Assembly (NCBI GenBank): GCA_020536535.1 | Contig: JAHLWZ010000857.1 | Location: 1-64,000 of the forward strand | Source: Pelomyxa schiedti | Lineage: Eukaryota; Protista; Evosea | Length of the DNA stretch: 64,000 bases | Direction: 5' to 3' | In this document: positions 1 to 13,200 of the stretch, piece after piece | Layout: each line of letters opens with the position of its first letter | Position numbering within the stretch: the first letter of the stretch is position 1 | Program-made: the position numbers and the translations under genes | Notes under the pieces: generated by a model | What the model was told of the DNA's origin: nothing | What the model saw: the letters and a program-made list of their open reading frames with translations, nothing else | Database searches by the model: none

Positions 1-23
1 TCCGCCGCGAAAATGCTGGTGCC

Positions 24-107
24 AAAACTTTCGTCCCTGGTGCTGAGACGCCAAAGTTTTCAGCAACGAAAGTTTTCGGTGACGAAAGTTTTTCAGAACG
101 AAGGTTT
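24..107. promoter_or_regulatory. Clustered ACGAAAGTTTT-like motif array upstream of the dynamin-like gene
   Basis: ACGAAAGTTTT at 66-76 and 82-92, inverted copy AAAACTTTCGT at 24-34, variants CCAAAGTTTT (51-60) and ACGAAGGTTT (98-107), all within 120 nt of ATG 141. Confidence 0.4.
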
Positions 108-140
108 CTCAACATACGGTACCACACCGAAAACCATTGA

Positions 141-3100
141 ATGGGTGACGAGGTAGAGGAGAGACGAAAGCACAGGAGCGGGAGGCACTCGAGGAGGTCC
201 GCGGAAGTGCCCGTGCCCGTGCCCGAGGCGGCGCAGGCGGCGACCACGGACGACATACCGCGGAGCACGTCGGGGCGGTCGAGCCGCAGGAGCCGCGCCG
301 AGTCGGTGGCGGAGGTCAGCGCGACGGACGGGGCGGAGGACCCGCAGGCCCTGGCCCTCAGCGTAGCCGCCATGGTGGAGGCCCAGAAGCAGGAGAAGGC
401 GGACCGCGAGGAGCGCAAGAGGAAGCGGAAGGAGGCCGAGGCGCAGGCCCAGGCGGAAGCAGAGGCCGCCGCCGCAGCTGCCGAGGCCGAGGCCGAGGCC
501 CAGGCCCTGGCTCAGAGTCAGGCGCTGGCGGCGAAGGAGCAGGAGCAGGCGGCGGAGTTGGAAAAGCAGAGGCAGAAGGAGAAAGAGGAAAAGGAAAAGG
601 CGGAAGCGGATGCCGCTGCTGCTTCTGCGACGGCGGCGCTGGAGTTGGCCCAAGCGCAAGCCAAGGCTAAGGAGGAAGCTGAGGCAGCGGAGAGGGAGAA
701 GGCAGCGGCGGCGCAGCGTGCCAGGGACGCTGAGGAGGCGGAGGTGGAGACCAGGAGGAAGTCCAAGGCCAAGGCTGATGCCGACGCCGCCGAGGCTGCC
801 GCCGCCGCAGCCAGGGCCAGGGCAAAGGCCCAGGCGGAGGAGGCTTCCATTCAAGCTGAGCGGGAAAAGGCAAGGGCTGCTGCGGCGGCCGAGGCAGCGA
901 GGGAACTGGAGCAGGCAAGAATCCAGGCCGAGAGGGCTGCGGGCTTAAACATTGCTATGCCAACCGATGAGTTGAGAGCTTTGCTAAAACCATTGTCAGA
1001 GGAGCAAAGAATTGAGGTTTACTTGAGTCTTGTTCCTTGAAGTTATGTGACCAACTGGTACTTTTCTTTTTTTAGAAGGAAAAACGTGATTATGAGGAGG
1101 AATCATCCTTTCTCGATTCAGTCAAAATGGCCCCTACAGATAATCCTTCTCTTGCTCTTGGTCACTCAGAACAGGAAACCCTTTATGAGAATTTCTCCAT
1201 AATTCGTACATTCTCAAGACAGTATTGTTTCTGTTATTTTCCTCCCAGTTATCACATTTATCTAATAGGTTGAACATCCTTTTGCCTGTGCCAGAAATAG
1301 TTTTTGTGGGTCACCAAGGTAATGGGAAGTCTTCGTTAATTGAAGCTATACTGGGTCACTCAATTTTCTACCCATGTATCAGTACCCTTTTTCATACCCC
1401 TTTTGCTTATTTTTCTGAAGCCATTGGGACAAAAAGACCTGTGCATATTAATCTCATAAATAACAAGTCTTGTGCTACAGTGCGCTGCACTGTTAAGCGT
1501 GACTCCTTTCTTCCAGAGTTCGACTCTGATTTAGATGTTCCTCTGGGTTCCCTTGCTGAAGAAATAGAAAAGAGAAACAAGGTTAATACCTTCCTCCCTT
1601 TATGTGCTCTAATTTTGCTCTAATTTGGGTACAGCCGTCTGACTTGCCTATTATTATCCAATGGGAACACCACAATGTGATAGACGCCACATTTATAGAC
1701 ACTCCTGGACTTCCTCTTCCTGAGGATCCATCATTCAAACATGTGATGGCAATGATTAACCAGGTAGTCAGTTTGTGTGAAAGTTTGGCAGTTTACTTAG
1801 CACTTTTTTTTAATGTGGACAACAATAGACGATCAGCCCCAAAAATCGATTGATTGTTTTTGTGAGACCATCCTCGTCATTTGAAGACTATGGAGTTGAC
1901 TTGATAAAACGAGTGGATTTGGAATTGGAAAGAACTGTGGTTGTGAACACACACTTTTTCCCGCAATTAATGGTTCGTTTCTTGATCTTTGGTTTTTTTT
2001 TATTTCCTGACATAGTACAAAGAGATTTCAAACAGCAGAAGCTGTCAATCACTACCTTGCATCAGTTCCATCTACTTGGAAAACGTACTTCGTTTCCTTA
2101 CTACCACGGTTGATGCGCGAGAAGTGTGTGGGCAGTCCTGATGATTTCGACCTCAAGCTGTTTCTTTCTTACAAGAGGGATGAAGGGCAACTGGAATATT
2201 TAAAATTTGATAAGAAGTTGGTTTTACTTTGAGGGTCTCTCTAATGCCTTACAAAGATTTGAACCCCTTGTTGGTCTCCCTCACTTTGTCAATCACATCC
2301 TGAAGCACATCAACAAGTCTTTTCAATCCAGTGCCCCCGACCTATTGAAGTGCTTGAGATTACAAAAAGTGGAGTGTGAAAACAAGCTGGCACATGTAAA
2401 GAGTGAAGTGGAGAGCTTAGATGCAAGCAAGCTGCGCATGATTGGCTCTTCATATGCAGTTAAGATACTTCAGGTAGGCACCACTCTTTCAAAATGCTGT
2501 AACACTCTGCAAGTGCATTACTTCAATGCTTGCTGGCACTGCAGGCCAGGCACACATTCATGGACAAACTCTGGAACAGGAAAAATCACTTTGCGGAGGT
2601 TTGCGTCTATTCTTTAGAGTCGATGCTAACCATAGGAAACTCAGCGGCTGGACAGTGGTTTGACAACAACACACTCCCCCTAGTGTTTGATCCGCAAGAG
2701 TGGAATGTAAAACTGTGGCAAAACAAGTTGTATGGAGGCTCCCAATTTGAGCGGCTATTGGATGAGTTCAGGGCTGTATGCAATCACACCACTCTCCCAG
2801 AAATAACGAGAGACGATATTATAACTGCAGCAGGGGTTCCACAGCTTCTGGATATTCCAAATTTTACTTGGGCTGTAAGTAGAACCTTGAGATCAAAGTT
2901 TCCAAAAATTTACCTCTATGTGCCTTTTCTTAGGCATGCGAACTGGGGAAGCAGAAGTCACAAGAGGCCTTCACACCTTTGATAGGTCAGGTTACCAAAC
3001 GAGCATCCTATATAATGAAGCGGCTTGTTGATGTTGCTGAATCGGAGGTTAATGCTCAACGCCCGGACAGGTTTTAACTTCTCATTTTTCTTGTTTGTTA

Positions 3101-3745
3101 CTGACTGGCACCCAAGACTGAACGTTGGCAATACAGAAAATTTCCCCTTTTTCGTCCATTATGTCAAAGACCTGTGCTACAAAGCAATTGAATCCTATGA
3201 GGCTATGTGCAATGAAAAATGCATGGATGAATTCTACGATACAAGAACGATTTTGCTGGAGTTTACCATGTCACAGTGGGTTTTTCTTCTTATTTTCCTG
3301 CCTCACGTTTATGATTAAAAGGGGACTGAAGCCCTTATCTTCCATAGAAGAAGTCCGCACAGTAGTTGAAACATTATTTACTCATATTAAGGAAAGAATC
3401 ACCACCAATGCAATTATCAAGCTTTACAATTACTTCTTCATCCAAATGCAAAACACCCTTTGGGTTGAAATAAACAAAACGGTATCTCACTTTATTTTTC
3501 AGAAAATCTGAATAACATTTGTTCAGATAGGGGCTCTCTCAGACACCAGCCTTGAAGATTTGTTCCATGCTTCCAGCCTCAAAGAGAGACTTGTTGCTGA
3601 AGAGGACAGGCTATCTGAGTTGATCAAAGTCAATGGCTCTCATGGTAAAGTCTGTGCATTTTTTTTTTCCCTCAGCGTTTTTTGCACAGAAACATCATTT
3701 TTGGAGGCCTCCGCTGGCTTTTCCCACCCCACAGCAGGCAAGTAG
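141..3745 (+). CDS. Dynamin-related GTPase of the DRP5/ARC5/Dictyostelium Dlp type with a long Ala/Glu/Lys-rich N-terminal extension (multi-exon)
   Basis: G1 PEIVFVGHQGNGKSSLIEAILG, G2 TKRPV, G3 FIDTPGLP, middle-domain motif KLYGGSQFERLLDEF (DRP5-like LYGGAQ). Exon 141-1016 joins in frame via GT-AG introns 1017-1075 and 1222-1268. Stop TAG at 3743-3745. Confidence 0.85.
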
Positions 3746-3802
3746 GAAGGGATTTTTTTTGTTTGAGTGTCGACTAGAAAGAGAATGTATCTTTTTTTTT
3801 TT

Positions 3803-5161
3803 TCAGTAGCACAATGTAAGGAGGTGTTTGATGCCCATTTCAAATTCGAGAGAAAGTTCACTGACTGAAAACATGGCACTGGGGGTTTGGTGAATCCCTA
3901 AACGAAAGTGAACAATGTAGTCATTTGAGGGATGGCCACTTACTTTGAATGAATTGTGCCTTCAAATCCGCCAAGGGTTTGGCTAAAATGTGCCGTTTGT
4001 CTGGCGGTGAGCTTTTCATTACACCCCCTATCATATCACGTGCTTGTAAATCAAATTGGTGAGCCACACTTTGAAGGTTGGTCTGCCGACTTGCTGCCTA
4101 GTTCTAAATTTAAAAAAAAAATAGAGGAATGAAAGGGAGGTAACCTGGGATGCTTCATCGATGGTGATCTTTGGGGGAAGGGGGATTGCCCATAAAGATA
4201 AAAGTGAGCCCCATAGGTCGCTCCTATTGTGTTAGCAATGACTTAGAAAGAACAGCTTTTCCTCGGCAAAATAATGCAACGTGCCATTCAGACAAAGGGT
4301 GAGAATCGGAATGAAACACAACTGTGTGGGAGTCCCATTTGTTCTCCTTATTTGGTAAATTAGGGTCTGGAGCCTGCAGTTTTGTTGCCATGTTTCTAAT
4401 GACAAATTCGGGCACTCTGCCGTGTGTGCGCTGGGAATTCCTCTCAACGGCACATTCCACACCACATGCAGCATAGAGCTGTGCATAGCCACAGTTACCT
4501 GCGAGATATAGAAAAGGTTGCGTTAAGAGTGGACTGTGAAAACAATGTCAGGAGTGATTCCATATGTATCTCGTGTGAACTTAACAAACAACGCACATGA
4601 CCTAGCTACGGAGTAATAAGGGGCCCGCATTCCAGTGTAGTACATGTTGTCATCCACCACAACCACATCGGGAGGAGGTGCAACTGGCAAACCGGTACGG
4701 CCCTCGCCGGGACCGATCCTCCGGTCGCTCGCAACCACCACAGGGACTCCCAGCCCCTCGGCCGTCCTCGTCTCCACCAGCCTCGAGGCCGCCTCCTCCG
4801 CCGCCCGCCGGCTCGCCCTCCACGCCCCCACGTCGAACGGCCGCAACCCCGGCGAGCTGCTGCCGCAGGAGCTTCCCCCAGAAGGCGGCGAGGCACATGC
4901 ACCACAGGAAGGGGGAGGGGGAAGAAGAGAGGGGGAAGAAGAGGAGGAGCAGGAGGGGGAAGAGGAAGAGGAGGAGGCAGCAGCAGCAGCGAGGTGGGAC
5001 TCGATGGCGTCCAGGTCGACTATCCAGGCGGCGGCACCGAGGCTGGCCGCGTGGTGGGCCACCAGCCGTGCCAGGGAGGACTTCCCAGAAGCGGGGATGC
5101 CGACCATAACGAGGACCCCCACCCTCGGCTTCTCGTTGCTGTGCTGCAGAGCAGCCGCCAT
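3803..5161 (-). CDS. PSTK: L-seryl-tRNA(Sec) kinase (multi-exon)
   Basis: P-loop VMVGIPASGKSSLAR, VVDDNMYYTGMR (PSTK DDNFYYxSMR), ECAVERNSQR, C-terminal AASRQTNLQSVAHQFDLQAR. The 3' end was spliced by eye. Confidence 0.85.
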
Positions 5162-5197
5162 AGATTGATCTGCTATCTGCTGTTAATCGGGTTTTTG

Positions 5198-6779
5198 ATG
5201 GACTTTCGTGTGGCAGAGACGATATCGGCCCTGGCACATCGTGCCTCAAAAAGGGTGGGTGCAAATTCCATTGCTTGACAATATTCAATCTACCAGCACA
5301 AAAGGTTGGGCTGCAATTCCCAGAGGGTCTGACGAAATATGCCATTGACATTGCGCAACAGATTCAATGGTGGGTTGTTTCTTCTTTCATTTCTCCTCAT
5401 TCATGTGGAAGTTAACTTATGTGAAAGTGGAGCGCATGTGGAGACTGTGATTTTGGCTGATATGGTGTATGGAGCTTGTTGTGTTGATGACTTTACATGT
5501 GACTCTCTTGCTGTTGATACACTTGTTCATTATGGGCACTACTGCCTTGGTACATTCTTAGATAGCAACAAAATACCAAAATACCTTTTTTTTTCCCCCA
5601 TTAGTTCCCCTGAACACTAACGAAAATGATACTCCACACAGTACCCCCTCTGCACGATACAGATTCGCATTGTTCCAAAGTATTATATGTACCAGTTGAA
5701 GTTGACTTGGCTGCCTCTATTGATGTATTTGTTGAATTGGTCAAATCCACATTATCTCCTGGTACCACAGTCGCTTTAGTCTCAACTGCACAATTCCTTC
5801 CTGCAATACAAGTGACTCTCTATCCTCACATTTCAATGATTTCACTGTGACTCTTTAAGGCTGCTAAAGTGAAGTTGACCCCCCATTTTACTGTTACAAT
5901 TCCTAGGATCGCGCCACTGCTGGAGGGTGAGATACTTGGCTGCACTGCACCTTCGTTGGGAGGATCTTCTGACATATTGTATGTATCCATAACCTAAATA
6001 ATGATCCACTAAATCTTCATTTCCAGTTACTTTGGAGATGGCAAGTTTCACGTAGAGGCAGTGGTACTTGCCAATCCGCATTCTGCAGTATTCCAGTTCA
6101 ACCCATACACAAATACCCTAGAAAAGGAAACATATGATGCGGAGGCTACACTGGAGAGAAGAGTGTTAGTTGCGCATACACTCGCGACTGTATTTAACAC
6201 AACATTCATGCAGAACGGCCATGCATCAAGCCAGCACAGCAAAGACTGTGGGCATCGTTCTTAGCACCCTTGGAAGGCAAGGAAATCCCAAACTCATGAA
6301 GGTAACACACCAATCGACTTCCTGGGTTTAGAATCCTTACGTGCTTGTCCAGCATATCAAAGACCTTTTGTCTGGATGCAAAATAAGCCACTTTGTGCTA
6401 CTCCTCAACAACATATCACCTGAGGCACTATCACCATTCACAAATGTTGATGCGTATGTTACACCCTATTACCATTCCTAATGTCTATCTAAATTTCTCC
6501 AGTTGGGTGCAGGTTGCATGCCCAAGGTTGTCAGTTGACTGGGGCACATCATTCACCAAGCCTCTGTTATCAGTCTGTGAAGCCGAACATGTTTTCAACA
6601 GACACACACTTACACCTTCATGCTCAACAACCACCTCAACTCTCCCGGCAACAGCATCCACATCAGCAGAAACAGAAACAACCAATAGCACAATCTCACC
6701 AGGATCATTCACAAGATACCCAATGGATAATTGGGCATCCTCTGGTTCTCCTTGGTCTATCCCTGCCCACAGGGTTTGA
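5198..6779 (+). CDS. DPH1: 2-(3-amino-3-carboxypropyl)histidine synthase subunit 1 (diphthamide biosynthesis; multi-exon)
   Basis: [84 protein letters not shown]. Confidence 0.92.
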
Positions 6780-6914
6780 AACAAAAAGGGTGAGAAAAAA
6801 CAATTTTTTTTTTTCCCAGCTCTCAACTTGATGAGTCTCTTGGAGGATGTGGGTAAGGAGATTCCCGTTTACAGTTTCGTTGGTGAGTGTATTTATGTAC
6901 AGCCGATTGGTTTA

Positions 6915-7873
6915 CTATGAGGACTTCTTGCCCTTGGGCTCAGCATCCGCGGGTTCCTCAATGTAGTCCAAATCAGTAGGGAGGGAGAATTGCCGGTCAA
7001 TGTCTGCAGGGTCCATGCTCCACTTATCAGCACAGAATTTCTTCAGTGTAAATATGTTGTCTGTCCAGCGGTCAGCGGCTTCTTTCAGTTTGGTAGCCTT
7101 CGCATCTGATAATAGATGTACATTATTGATGCAGAGGTGGAAATAGATTGAGGGGTAGATACCTGTCTGTTGGATTGTCACTGGGTCATTATCAGCCATA
7201 CTTTCCAATTCTGTGCTCAAAGAGTCATGCTTTGCCCGTAATTCGTCCAGTTGCGCAACAGCCGCTTTGGTTTCCTCCTATGGAACAAAGGGGAATTTGG
7301 GTATTAAGGCAATGGAGTGTCCTCATACTGTGCAAGCGTGGGTGGTGTGTAGTTGGGCGTTCTCAGTTGTCAGTCTCTCCAGCTTTTCGGTCAATTCGGC
7401 AACTCTTTTTTGTGCAGATTCCAGTGCAACACGTTTCTGTGATAAAGATATGGTAACATGAGGAATGGCTCCGTTCTGTACTCAACCTTTACAGCAGCAT
7501 CTTTTTTAAATGCCCTGGGATATAAATGAGCGGGGAGAACAAAAAAAATAAAAACCCCAAACTATTTTCATTGTGTCACATACCAAAAGTACTTCGACGA
7601 GCCTATCTTCTCTGTAGAAACTAAAGAGTCATCCACCAAAGAATTTAGAGTTTCTTCTATTGTATTGGCTACAATGCCCGTGGCCTTCGAGCTAGCAATT
7701 ACCTCCTTCAGGGTGTATACTCCTCCCTTGGGGAAGGTTACGTTTCGTGAGGTCACTGACAAGACCCCAACGGCTAACAAAAAGAAAAAACTGAATTCCA
7801 CACGCACGTTGTCAAGAAACCACTCGTGCAATTTGTTCCTTTTTTCCTCCTTGCTCATACCCTTACGCGGCAT
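6915..7873 (-). CDS. MND1: Meiotic nuclear division protein 1 (multi-exon)
   Basis: MPRKGMSKEEKR, LNSLVDDSLVSTEKIGSSKYFW, C-terminal KEAADRWTDNIFTLKKF...FSLPTDLDYIE, all matching the MND1 family. Confidence 0.92.
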
Positions 7874-8715
7874 CTCTGCTCGTTCTTCCGGTTTTTTTTG
7901 TTTTTTTGGAAGGGAGCGACGCATGCCTGTGAAACCCATCACAAAATACGAACCGTTTGGGCGACGCCGACGTGATTCCGTCAGACACTCCCGCTCCAGC
8001 TGTGGGTGCATAGACTTGTGGGACGCCCAGAGTTACTGTGTTCATGTGGGCCCTTGTGTTACCCTGTCATTCACTGCTCATTCGGCAGTTGTATGAGGCC
8101 ATCTTCTAGTGATTTGGAAAAAGGAGTTACTTCATGCAATCGACTTGTCCAAGATCTACCGATCGCATACGGCTGGCTGCTTTGCCCCAGCTTCATGCCA
8201 TGTATTTTCTATGTCAGGTGGCACAGGCTACCGTGCCACATGAAATGACCCAAAAATCACTCATGCCCCCAGGAATTCCAGAAGCTGTACAACACCATGA
8301 ACCTGTCCAAGCCCCATCACATTCACATGTTGAGTTCCTGTGATGACATCCCTCAGTGGAAACCACGGAAGTGCCTGGCTGTGCTCACAGTGAGCCTATC
8401 CCTGGCTTTGACACTCAGCATACACAACTGTGACAACTTGAAACCCCGTTGACACGCAATTCCAGAGGAGTATAATAGCGACTTACGCAAAAACCTATTT
8501 TCACTTCAACCAATAGGGTGTCATGATTGCATCACCACGTCCAAAGGCCAACCCCAGTTGCCTTTTGGAATTGTGCACAAACAATCAAACAACAAAGATT
8601 CACACATCTTTCGTGCCTGTTCGCTAGAATCAAAGAAAACTCGTTCCGGTAATCATAAACACAAGAAAAAAAACAAGAACAAACAAAAACAAAATCCCCA
8701 AGCACAACAACCAGG

Positions 8716-9886
<1,171 letters not shown>

Positions 9887-10294
9887 GGAAAGTTACAAAA
9901 CGTGGCCTAAGAAAAACCCTCCTTTGCTCACTTTTTTTTTGTTCTTTATGTTAAACAACAAAAAGAACCGTTGACTGGTGGCGTCATTCTTCCCTCAGGA
10001 TACCAGGAAGCTCGGCCTCTTTTGCAACCCACAATTCCTGTTGGGTTGTGAGCCAGTACAACTGCGGAATCTTTTTGAGTTGGAACCCAGTTCAGTGATG
10101 ACAACATCTCGAGATTTATGAACACCATGATTTCAGAAACCTGTTCTAGCTGACGGATTTTTTTTTTCTGAATGATGCCACAAAGAGCCATCCACCTGCA
10201 CAATCCTGCTCAGACCCTCGTTAGAGAATTTTCCTTCCAATCAAACCTGTGTAAGAAATAAAAAAGCAAACAAAAACAAGGCCTAAACGAGAAA

Positions 10295-13200
10295 ATGACC
10301 AGCAAGGACGACCGGGTACGCGTTCCCACCCACATCCACCTGTTTTTCGTTGCCTGTATCTCTCTCACTCACTCACGCTGACCCACTCGTAGGCCACGTT
10401 TGGTAGCGCAGCAGGGGGATACGACGCGGATGTGTACTCTGGAACAGCGAAGCCAACAAAGTCGACCGCGCTCCCCGACGACGACGAGGAGGCCGACGAC
10501 GAGACGCCGGTGACGTCATCGTCGGGGGGCAGTGCAACTGCGCCGTCGTCTTCGTCGTCTTCGGGGGGGGAGGCGCAAAGCGGCGAAAAGTCGTCGTCGT
10601 CGAGGAAAGAAAAACACGGCAGAGATAGAGACAGGGAAAGGAGCTCAAAGTCACACCACTCCCATCACTCTGCTGAGGAGAAGGATCAGAAGAAGAAGAG
10701 GCCCAGGGAACCAGTATGCTCTTTTTTTTTTTTTTCCCTCCCCTTTCCCCAAACCTATATTGTAAATTTATTATGTGGGCATCGTACAAATTCAACCACC
10801 CAGACATTGTGGAGCTTGAGGTTCACACATAAAACTTCTTGTTTTACGCCATAAAAAAAAACAACCAAATAGCATAATTAAGAACGGATTGACAATTTAA
10901 TCAGGAAGAAGATGATGGACCAAACAAACGATCAAGAGTTGAAGAAGCTGAAAAAGCCAAGTCGGAGTGGGACCAAGAAGAGCAACCTAAACCGGCCTCT
11001 AGATGGGATACCCCACCAGTTGGGCACATAAAACCTGATATATCTGACACCCCAGCTTTGCAGTCGAGAAAGAATAGGTATTGCCTTGCAATATTAAAAT
11101 GATTGCTTATTAAATAAGGTGGGATGAAACACCACGCCCAGCAGCAGTAGCCACTCCCCAGCACCCTGGAATTGGGTCGTCCAGTAGTGGATGGGACGAT
11201 GCCAAAGCCACCGCAAGTACAACTAACGTTGATGCAACTCCATCAAAGCGGTCTCGATCCCGATGGGATGAATCCCCAGGAAACATCTTGCCACTTGGAG
11301 TCAGCCCAGCCATTACACCGGGAGCCAGTGCTGGTGGTGCAACCCCAATGGGGGGTATGGGGGCAACTCCAACTCCAGGGCAACTGTCAAGAATGATGAC
11401 CCCCGAACAAATGATGGCAGTGAGATGGGACAGAGAGATTGATGAAAGGAATAAGTACTTGTCGGATGAAGAACTTGATGCACTTTTCCCACCCGACGGA
11501 TACACTATAATGGAGCCACCGTCAGATTATAAACCAATTCGAACCCCTGCCCGCAAGTTTGCCGCCACACCAACCCCAATTGCTACACAGCATGGTTTCG
11601 TGATGACTGAGGATACTCCCCGTGCTGAAGTTGGTGTGTAGTATAAAAAAACAACACAAAAGCATGAAACCTAAATTGTTCACAATAGGAATGCCTATTG
11701 AGTTACCGAATTTGCCGGCTATCAAGCCAGAGGATAGACCTTACTTTGAGAAAATTCTTACTACAACCGAAGAGGAAGAAGCACTCCTTCCATTGGAAGA
11801 GCAGAAAGAAAGAAAACTGATGAAGTTACTTCTGAAGGTAAGATGGCAAGATTTGAGATGCAGTTCCTTACTTTTTTTCTCAAAAAAATAGGTGAAGAAT
11901 GGCAACCCAGCAATGCGTAAACAAGCTCTTAGGACTATAACCGATAAAGCAAGAGAATTTGGCCCTGCGTGTTTATTCAACAACATCCTGCCGCTACTCA
12001 TGAGTGTTACTCTAGAGGATCAAGAAAGGCATTTGTTGGTGAAAGTCATTGACAGGATCTTATACAAACTTGATGACTTAGTGCGACCTTATGTTCATAA
12101 AATTCTTGTACGTCTCCTTGTTGTATAACAAATCTCACTGGTGTAATAGGTCGTTATTGAACCCCTTTTGATTGACGAAGACTATTATGCCCGCGTTGAA
12201 GGTCGTGAAATTATTAGTAATCTCAGTAAAGCAGCAGGCCTTGCAACGATGATTGCCACAATGCGCCCCGATCTGGATCACGTAGATGAATACGTCCGAA
12301 ATACAACAGCGCGTGCCTTCTCTGTTGTAGCTAGTGCCCTAGGAATTCCCGCATTGTTGCCTTTCCTCAAGGTTTGCCGTCGCAGCGTCATTCGTTTCAT
12401 TTGACCACCTTTCAGGCCGTCTGTCAAAGTAAAAAATCTTGGCAGGCACGCCACACAGGTATCAAGATTGTTCAGCAAATTGCTATTCTCATGGGATGTG
12501 CTGTGTTGCCACACCTTAAAAATCTTGTTGAAATCATCGAACATGGGTTGAAGGTAACTTGTTAAACCCATGTCTTTCCTATTGATTTTTATGCTAGGAT
12601 GAACAAACCAAAGTACGCACCATAACTGCACTAGCACTGGCCGCGCTTGCTGAAGCTGCCACACCCTATGGTATCGAATCTTTTGATAGTGTTCTGAGGC
12701 CCTTGTGGTATGGGTTGCGTGAACACCGCGGGAAAAGCTTGGCAGCCTTCCTCAAAGTACCAAACCACATATTTACTTAACTTGTTAAGCCCCACTAGGC
12801 AATTGGTTACATCATCCCCCTGATGGATGCAGATTTTGCCAGCTACTACACAAAGGAAGTCATGATCACATTGATTCGTGAGTTCCAAAGCCCTGATGAA
12901 GAAATGAAGAAGATTGTCTTGAAAGTTGTCAAGCAATGTGTTGCAACAGATGGCGTGGAGCCATCATATGTCCTCACAGACATCCTTCCTGAGTTCTTCC
13001 GACATTTCTGGGTAAGAAGAATGGCTTTGGATAAAAGAAACTACAAGCAGCTTGGTATGTCTTCTTAGCTACAATATTCGCTCCTAACTGAAAATTTAGT
13101 TGATACAACTGTCGAACTGGCTCGCAAAGTTGGTGGAAGTGACATCATTCGGAGGGTCGTTGAAGATTTGAAAGATGAGTCTGAGCCTTTCCGTAAGGTA

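Noticed and set aside
93-854. Long antisense or alternative-frame ORFs over GC-rich exons (also 4644-5168, 32447-33283, 53340-54196, 58584-59236)
   Set aside because: Shadow ORFs of low-complexity, stop-poor coding sequence on the other strand or frame. They have no independent motifs.
4224-4284. Apparent GC-AG intron in PSTK
   Set aside because: An upstream in-phase GT donor gives an equally open frame, so the GC donor is not required.
10095-10153. C/D-box snoRNA-like GTGATGA...CTGA
   Set aside because: No convincing terminal stem or recognisable rRNA guide, and such motifs arise by chance. An Rfam/snoscan search would be needed.
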